DNA of 32,000 nucleotides from Candidatus Hodarchaeota archaeon (GTDB lineage: Archaea > Asgardarchaeota > Heimdallarchaeia > Hodarchaeales > Hodarchaeaceae), in assembly GCA_016840035.1 (NCBI GenBank), contig JAEOTC010000086.1:115175-147174 (forward strand). Direction: 5' to 3'. The position numbers were made by a program, and so were the translations under genes. The stretch's first letter is position 1; each line of letters opens with the position of its first letter. The notes under the pieces are model-generated. The model was not told the origin of the DNA and did not search any database. It worked only from the letters and a program-made list of their open reading frames with translations. Of the stretch, positions 26,527 through 32,000 are shown piece by piece.

Positions 26527-29145
26527 TCATTCTATCTGAGCTATCACACAGAGAAAGGTATCTGGCGTATATATTGATACTGACACAATAAGATTTGCAC
26601 TTCCAGATGAAAGAATATATTTTGGTCCCTTTAAGGGGTTTGTAGTCTTTCTATTTGGTATAAAACCGGCTTTAGTTAATAATTTTAAGCTTTCAAGCAA
26701 TTCTGATTTAGTATAGATGTTAACGCTTTGAGTATTTCGTTTAATTTGAATATTTGATTCAAAAATAATGTCACGGATCAATATATCTTCTTTAAGTGCA
26801 TCTGGAATATCATTTTCATGAATTTCTGAAATCAACGGCATGATCCAATTCTCAAGGACTTCATTTGGAAGATCAATTGTGGATTCTAGAGAAGGGTCAA
26901 CCTCGAAGGCTTTAGTAAAAAAGTCTTCTTTTTGATCTGGTTCTAATTCTTGACGAACAGCGATTTCTTCTTTCTCAAAACTCGGTAATTTACGATTTTT
27001 ATCTTGTGGTACTAAAATACCCTTTTTAAATAGTATTATAAGTTGCTCAAAGATTTCATTATATTTAAATTTTGAACTAAATAAGCCATGATTTACTATT
27101 TCCTTAATAAACAAACCTTCAGTGTTAGCCAACTGATTATTTTGCTCTTGAATAACTTGAAGTAGTGGATTATCTGAAACTTGCTCTTCAGTATCTATTC
27201 TAAGTGCAAGCGGTCCTAATACAGATAAACCAAGAATATTATCAAGGTCTTCTATTGCTGATTGAAATGGATCTAGTTCTCCAACGAAATCAGTAAGTAG
27301 ATCCTGGAATCTCTTTTCAAAAGCGTAAACAAATTCCCGTCCTCGTTTTCTCAGACGTTTACTGAATCTTGGAGGTCGTTCTAATATAAATGCTGTTACT
27401 GAGTAATTTCCTTCAATAGTAACAATTTTAAAAGTCCTATCGCCAATATCCTCGGTAAAGTCTCTTACTATAGTTCGATCTTTTATTTCCTCACTTTTTA
27501 ATTCCGTAAATAAGCTTGAAATTGCTGTTAGGAAGCCAGAAACTAATTGTGGATCAACTTTGAGCATTGAAGTCCCAAATTTAAACAAACAAATACCAGT
27601 GAGCTTGTGAGTTATCATAATATGTTCACAATAAAGAAGATTCATTAGATCCTTGTAATCTATAGGATTCATAGGTGAAAATCCCAGGGAGGGTTCGACT
27701 TTGATTTCGTGAAAAATCTCGTCCTTTTTACTAGCACTCACTTGTTCTTCACGTATCCCAGACTTAGCACGAAAAATCGGTATTAAATCTGGCATACTAT
27801 CCTTTTGAGGATCAATATGTTTGGTTAACCTTGCTCGAACTTTAATTTTGACTGGACTCGAAATGCTATCTTGGAGACCCACAATTAAAGCTTCTCCTTT
27901 TGTTAAATGGGGGAGAACTGAAACTGTATCTGTATTTATTCCCTCCATTAAACGAATTTTTGTTATATCTTTTTCGGATTTGATTCGGAGAGCTACGAGA
28001 GTATTCATGTTCGCGATTATATTATCTGGCAGATCTCCTGGTCTTTGTGACACTAGCATCTCGTAAATACCAAATTTTCTCCCTTCACGCGCGATTTGTG
28101 CAAGAATATCGCTTTTTTGAACAAATCTATGTGCTTCCTCCAATATTATCAAGATTTCCTGTTCATGTGGAATCTCTCCCTGAATTTTTTTCTGAAATAT
28201 TTGAGTTAGTAATTCATTCACTAATGTATTCCTTTTTTTCTCATCTGTGTATTGATCAAGTCGAATGATCGATATCTGGTTTTCACGAACTAGAGAGGAA
28301 ATATCTATTTCTTCTTTATACACAGATTGTTTTTTAAGAGTGTTAATTTTCGAAATTAAATTTTCACGTGTTTGTGTGTGCATATCAGAATTCTTTATAT
28401 TGGTTAAAATAGATTCCAGATTATCTGGCTGGTCAAGAATGTTCGTGAGTGCATTTTCTTGAGCGGTTGATAATTCCAATAGTCTTCTTAGTTTTGGTAA
28501 ATCAAATTGGGTTCCTAATCCAATTGTTCCTTCTCCAAAAATTAGTAACCTTTCAGCGAACCCTTGTGGGTAATATCCTTCGTAATCTAAAGAACTGATT
28601 TCACTTCCTGTATTTTCTAATCCAAGTCCCCAATATTCGTTGTGAACGTCGAAGAGTAGTATCGAGGTGTTTTGGATTTTCAAAAGAATCTCCTCCAATA
28701 AAACACCAATACTGTATGACTTTCCTGCCCCCGTACTAGCTACACATAGAACATGTCGTTCTAAAAATTTAGGTGATATTAAGAATGGATCCGTTGATGA
28801 GGGAGAAGTAACAATATCTCCTAAATATATCCCCCCTTCTCCATCATAGGATATAATTTTTGAAATCAACCCTTTTGGAGGAATAGACACTTCTGAATCC
28901 ATTGAGATAGGAATTCGACATGGTTTTAAGCGAAATTCATCCATTTCAAATTCCCCCAGAATATCTGCAATCGCTTTCATCTCCCCTTCTTTTTCTTGTG
29001 ATAATCGGAATATTTGAGCAATTAGATGCTTATTACTTGACCGATTCTTGTCAAATAAAACAATATAATCTCCTTCGTGGAAAATATTCTCGTCAATATC
29101 CGAAAGAAAAGTAATACGGGAGGTGGTGGTTTTTGTAATTTTCAT
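26527..29145 (-). CDS. HerA/FtsK-superfamily P-loop ATPase (HAS-barrel plus DUF87-like core) with about 430-aa C-terminal extension containing a longin/roadblock-like module
   Basis: N-terminal barrel-like 95 aa. Walker A VASTGAGKS (nt 28717-28740). Walker B ILIILEEAH (nt 28129-28155). AREGRKFGIYEMLVSQRPGDL and LTKGEALIVG are typical of HerA. The module at aa ~500-640 (nt 27226-27648) carries PQLVSGFLTAISSLFTE. Confidence 0.8.
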   Translation of the reverse strand: MKITKTTTSRITFLSDIDENIFHEGDYIVLFDKNRSSNKHLIAQIFRLSQEKEGEMKAIADILGEFEMDEFRLKPCRIPISMDSEVSIPPKGLISKIISYDGEGGIYLGDIVTSPSSTDPFLISPKFLERHVLCVASTGAGKSYSIGVLLEEILLKIQNTSILLFDVHNEYWGLGLENTGSEISSLDYEGYYPQGFAERLLIFGEGTIGLGTQFDLPKLRRLLELSTAQENALTNILDQPDNLESILTNIKNSDMHTQTRENLISKINTLKKQSVYKEEIDISSLVRENQISIIRLDQYTDEKKRNTLVNELLTQIFQKKIQGEIPHEQEILIILEEAHRFVQKSDILAQIAREGRKFGIYEMLVSQRPGDLPDNIIANMNTLVALRIKSEKDITKIRLMEGINTDTVSVLPHLTKGEALIVGLQDSISSPVKIKVRARLTKHIDPQKDSMPDLIPIFRAKSGIREEQVSASKKDEIFHEIKVEPSLGFSPMNPIDYKDLMNLLYCEHIMITHKLTGICLFKFGTSMLKVDPQLVSGFLTAISSLFTELKSEEIKDRTIVRDFTEDIGDRTFKIVTIEGNYSVTAFILERPPRFSKRLRKRGREFVYAFEKRFQDLLTDFVGELDPFQSAIEDLDNILGLSVLGPLALRIDTEEQVSDNPLLQVIQEQNNQLANTEGLFIKEIVNHGLFSSKFKYNEIFEQLIILFKKGILVPQDKNRKLPSFEKEEIAVRQELEPDQKEDFFTKAFEVDPSLESTIDLPNEVLENWIMPLISEIHENDIPDALKEDILIRDIIFESNIQIKRNTQSVNIYTKSELLESLKLLTKAGFIPNRKTTNPLKGPKYILSSGSANLIVSVSIYTPDTFLCVIAQIE

Positions 29146-29385
29146 TGGTGGATCAGCTAAATGATTTACCTAAATGTAGTATTTGATAACTGAAGAACCT
29201 GAATTTACTATCTTGTGGGAAATAAAATTCTTTCTATCAAAATACATTTAATTTTCTTTGTACATCCTTTATTAGAGTTCAGGTTGAGAACTGTATCTCT
29301 TGATATCACAAAAGATTAATAATGAATCAATTATCTATCTAAAATAATATCAAATATCTGTTATTATATTGGAGTGTAGCGAAGT

Positions 29386-30339
29386 TTGGGTACAGAATCT
29401 CTGAAATATGATATGGTTATTGTTGGTGCGGGGCCTGCAGGAATGGCCACAGCGATTTATGCGTCAAGGATGGGTTGGAAGACAGTAGTTCTTGATAAAG
29501 GAGCAGTGGGTGGACTAGCAGCAACTACACCCAAGATTGAGAACTATCCAGGGTTCAGTGAAATTACCGGAATGGAATTCGCCGATAGACTCAAAAAACA
29601 GGCTGAAAAATTCGGTGCGGTAATTAAGGAATTAACAGAGGTTACTGATATTAATCTAGGGGAATCTGAGATAGAAGTCTTTACTCCATCGGAGAACTTT
29701 CTTGCCAATGTGGTCGTTCTAGCAATGGGTACATCTCACCGACATTTGGGTGTCCCAGGAGAAGAAAAATTGGAAGGAAAAGGAGTTTCATATTGTGCTA
29801 CATGCGATGGACCATTATACGGATCTAGAAAAGTAGTTGTTGTAGGTGGGGGTAATTCCGCAGTCACAGAGGCTCTGTATCTTGATAATGTAGTGCGCGA
29901 AGTCTCTCTCATTCATCGTAGGGATCAATTACGGGCTGAGGAATCACTCCAGAAAGAAATCCTTCAAAACTCGAATGTTAATATGATTTGGGATTCAGTC
30001 GTGACAGAAATCATTGGGGATGAGATGTCTGGAGTAAAGAAGGTTACAATTAAAAATATAAAAACTGAAGAAGAAGAGCAGAAACGAGTTAAAGCAGTAT
30101 TTGTCGCTATCGGGATATTACCAAACAATGAACTCGCAAAGAAGATTGGAGTTAATTTAAGCGAAGATGGTCTAATTCTTGTAGATTCAAAACAACGTAC
30201 AAATATTCCCCGAATTTACGCTTGTGGAGATATTACTCCAGGTCAAGGCCAGATTTCTGTAGCAGTCGGAGAAGGAACAACTGCAGCAATTTCAGCGTTC
30301 CTTGATATGCGTGGTGGGGATTGGTACGGAACGGAATAG
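29386..30339 (+). CDS. trxB: thioredoxin reductase
   Basis: YDMVIVGAGPAG FAD motif, redox-active CATCDG, GGGNSA NADPH motif and ACGDI. TTG start. Confidence 0.9.
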   Translation: MGTESLKYDMVIVGAGPAGMATAIYASRMGWKTVVLDKGAVGGLAATTPKIENYPGFSEITGMEFADRLKKQAEKFGAVIKELTEVTDINLGESEIEVFTPSENFLANVVVLAMGTSHRHLGVPGEEKLEGKGVSYCATCDGPLYGSRKVVVVGGGNSAVTEALYLDNVVREVSLIHRRDQLRAEESLQKEILQNSNVNMIWDSVVTEIIGDEMSGVKKVTIKNIKTEEEEQKRVKAVFVAIGILPNNELAKKIGVNLSEDGLILVDSKQRTNIPRIYACGDITPGQGQISVAVGEGTTAAISAFLDMRGGDWYGTE

Positions 30340-30344
30340 AATAC

Positions 30345-30866
30345 ATGACGCGATGTTTCTTGCCGTCTAAAACCAGTACATCATCCATCGGTCTGCATAA
30401 GTTTTCAAATCATTTCTCCGCATCCCATTTATTGTTAACTGAAGATTTTTCCGAAGGCTTGCATGGACATAACTACTATGTTGAAGTGGAATTATTTGGA
30501 GAAACTAACAGTGATGGCTTAATTTACGATTTTCTCAGGCTGGATGAAATTATCCGTGAAATTCTTTCTCAATGGGATCATTATACATTAATTCCTAGTC
30601 AAAATGAAAACATCAACATAACAGAAGTGGGCGGTAATCTTGAAATTCGTGCTAGAAAGCGATTTTACTCGATTCCTCGGTCAGAAGTAAAGTTACTAGA
30701 ATGTCAAAATGTGACGGCTGAATATTTAGCGAGATCTGTAGCACTCCAACTAAAGGAGAAATTGCTTTCACTAAAATCAACGAAGGGTATTACCGAACTT
30801 AGGGTTGATCTGTGGGAAACCCCCCTCTATCATGCCTCTTTTTCCAGTCAACTAGAGCGTTTTTAA
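30345..30866 (+). CDS. 6-pyruvoyl-tetrahydropterin synthase (PTPS/QueD) family protein, Cys-less variant
   Basis: FSASHLL...LHGHNYYVEVEL Zn-binding His triad pattern and C-terminal VDLWETP. Start placed at ATG 30345, just after the trxB stop. Confidence 0.7.
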   Translation: MTRCFLPSKTSTSSIGLHKFSNHFSASHLLLTEDFSEGLHGHNYYVEVELFGETNSDGLIYDFLRLDEIIREILSQWDHYTLIPSQNENINITEVGGNLEIRARKRFYSIPRSEVKLLECQNVTAEYLARSVALQLKEKLLSLKSTKGITELRVDLWETPLYHASFSSQLERF

Positions 30867-31647
30867 ATTCCTTTTGTCCAAGTTTTGGAAATCCAGAAAT
30901 TTCTTCTCCAGAGTCTGTTAAATTAAACCGAATTCCATTGTGCAGTTGATAGTAAGAAGAAATTAAGGATTGGGCTATTTTCAGCTTCACTCGTTTTCTA
31001 GAGGTATTTTTAAGGATTTGAGAGCTATTTTTACTGTACTTTCCGATTTTTTCTCCAAAATCAAAACCAATTAAGCCTATAATAGGAGATTGAAAATGAA
31101 TTGCTAGAAAAATACCTCTATCACCATCTGTAAATCCACCAAAATTAAAGAGATTAGTTTTCAACTTATTCTGAGTTGTACCCCAAATTAATGGCTTTTT
31201 GTCCAGAAGGTGCGTCTCCTCAAAGAAGTCTTGAATGATCGTTCTATTGTCCCCATGAGCATGGATAAGTGCAATAGCACCTCTAGAAATCGCCCATCTA
31301 ATCGCTGACCATTCTCCATCTAAATCTGAGATTACTATATCAGGAATAATTTGATGCTGTTGAAATAAAGAACAGCTTCCATCAATAGCGATGATTTTCA
31401 AATCATTGATTATAGAATGTTGCACACAAAGCTCTAAATCTATATCAAGAGAAGGCCCAGCTCCCACCACTAAAATTGGATGTTTTAACACATATTCTAC
31501 TTTTTCCAAAATAAAATTTGCTTCATAAGGAAGCTTTTCATTTAGAAATGATTCCAATTGACGTGTGGACTTAATATCCTCTTTAATACTTAGATTTAGC
31601 TTTGCTACAATTTTTAAGTATTCATTATTCCATTGATCGATAAGCAT
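30799..31647 (-). CDS. mptE: MptE-like 6-hydroxymethyl-7,8-dihydropterin pyrophosphokinase (DUF115 family)
   Basis: VVGAGPSLD, IIAIDGS, VISDLDG and HAHGDN motifs as I remember them for the MptE/DUF115 family. Adjacent to a PTPS-family gene. Confidence 0.65.
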   Translation of the reverse strand: MLIDQWNNEYLKIVAKLNLSIKEDIKSTRQLESFLNEKLPYEANFILEKVEYVLKHPILVVGAGPSLDIDLELCVQHSIINDLKIIAIDGSCSLFQQHQIIPDIVISDLDGEWSAIRWAISRGAIALIHAHGDNRTIIQDFFEETHLLDKKPLIWGTTQNKLKTNLFNFGGFTDGDRGIFLAIHFQSPIIGLIGFDFGEKIGKYSKNSSQILKNTSRKRVKLKIAQSLISSYYQLHNGIRFNLTDSGEEISGFPKLGQKEFKNALVDWKKRHDRGGFPTDQP

Positions 31648-31770
31648 TTGGTTATATCCATCAAGTTTTCTGTGATGAAATTCAATTTAGTATTAATTCA
31701 ATCGGAGTAAAGAAACCTGTCTATCATAAAATTAAATTTCTTTCCAAAATTAGTCTCGAGAGGATAAAAG

Positions 31771-31782
31771 CTAAATATATAA
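31771..31782 (+). promoter_or_regulatory. candidate BRE/TATA element upstream of the 5S rRNA
   Basis: AAAAGC-TAAATATATAAA. It is the only strong TATA-like element between the mptE start and the 5S gene, and it lies about 165 nt upstream of the predicted 5S 5' end. Confidence 0.35.
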
Positions 31783-31944
31783 AGATTCTTGAAAATGCCC
31801 CAACTGGTTTGTAATCTCACAAACACAAATCTTGTGCTGAAATATGCGCTGAAATAACCTGTGAGATATTGCCGAAAGTTAAGTCAGGCTCCGTTCTGAT
31901 CTGTACTGTTGTGCTCGCGCCTACGGGAAAATCAGAAAGCTGAA

Positions 31945-32000
31945 GGTTCTTCGGCCAAAGGGCCTGAGTCACACCCGGTCTCATTCCGAACCCGGAAACA
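31945..32000 (+). rRNA. rrf: 5S rRNA, 5' portion (truncated by window end)
   Basis: ACACCCGGTCTCATTCCGAACCCGGAA matches the conserved archaeal 5S loop B/helix III segment (compare Sulfolobus ACACCCGGACUCAUUUCGAACCCGGAAG). The 5' end was estimated by spacing and is approximate. Confidence 0.75.

Noticed and set aside
27821-29114. Five plus-strand ORFs (27821-28066, 28047-28268, 28265-28462, 28667-28849, 28920-29114) inside the HerA-like gene
   Set aside because: They are antisense to a CDS with unambiguous Walker A/B and HerA motifs.
17638-29145. Reading the pilin-like gene, the ATPase and the polytopic membrane protein as a type IV pilus/archaellum-like locus
   Set aside because: The ATPase is HerA/FtsK-type, not PilB/FlaI (GspE) type. 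The membrane protein shows no obvious FlaJ/PilC-like repeat organisation. No prepilin peptidase is present. The pilin may be unrelated to the ATPase pair.
26527-29145. HerA-based anti-phage defence system (SIR2-HerA or DUF4297-HerA type)
   Set aside because: No SIR2, DUF4297 or nuclease-type effector ORF is adjacent, and the neighbours are a membrane protein and trxB. This cannot be fully excluded, because the C-terminal 230 aa of the ATPase is uncharacterised.
1-32000. CRISPR arrays, transposons or IS elements, integrases, prophage remnants and tRNA genes
   Set aside because: I found no regularly spaced direct repeats, no transposase-, integrase- or recombinase-like ORFs, no long terminal inverted repeats and no cloverleaf-like G+C-rich segments in the intergenic regions.

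Overview
AT-rich, gene-dense archaeal chromosomal window. All calls come from reading motifs by eye; no searches were run.

**Left half (1-16.4 kb): core housekeeping.**
- Ribulose-monophosphate pair (PHI and HPS), a PflA-like radical-SAM gene, UPF0147, ribosomal protein eL38, Nob1, NAD kinase and aIF5A.
- The classical archaeal exosome superoperon: proteasome alpha, SBDS, Rrp4, Rrp41, Rrp42, L37Ae/eL43, Brix, Pcc1, prefoldin beta, a DUF3194-like ORF and an Ncs6/TtuA-type tRNA thiolase.
- Cdc48/VCP, aEF-1beta and its usual Zn-ribbon neighbour.
- eL38, Shine-Dalgarno-led genes and roadblock/longin-type modules suggest a TACK/Asgard-type lineage. This is inference only.

**Right half (16.5-29.1 kb): a cell-envelope/accessory island of eight ORFs with few recognisable families.**
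- A stand-alone Roadblock/LC7 protein and an orphan 163-aa ORF.
- A type IV pilin-like protein with a class III signal peptide.
- A membrane protein with two C-terminal winged-helix domains.
- Two large sequon-rich surface proteins ending in PGF-CTERM-like anchors.
- An 856-aa polytopic membrane protein lying tail-to-tail with an 872-aa HAS-barrel HerA-type ATPase.

**Main lead.** The membrane protein and the ATPase each carry a copy of the same longin/roadblock-like module. No NurA-type nuclease partner is present. I read this pair as a candidate undescribed membrane-tethered translocase or remodelling system.

**Right edge.** The window ends with thioredoxin reductase, a PTPS-like/MptE-like pterin gene pair and the 5' part of a 5S rRNA.

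No CRISPR array, transposase, integrase or tRNA was seen.
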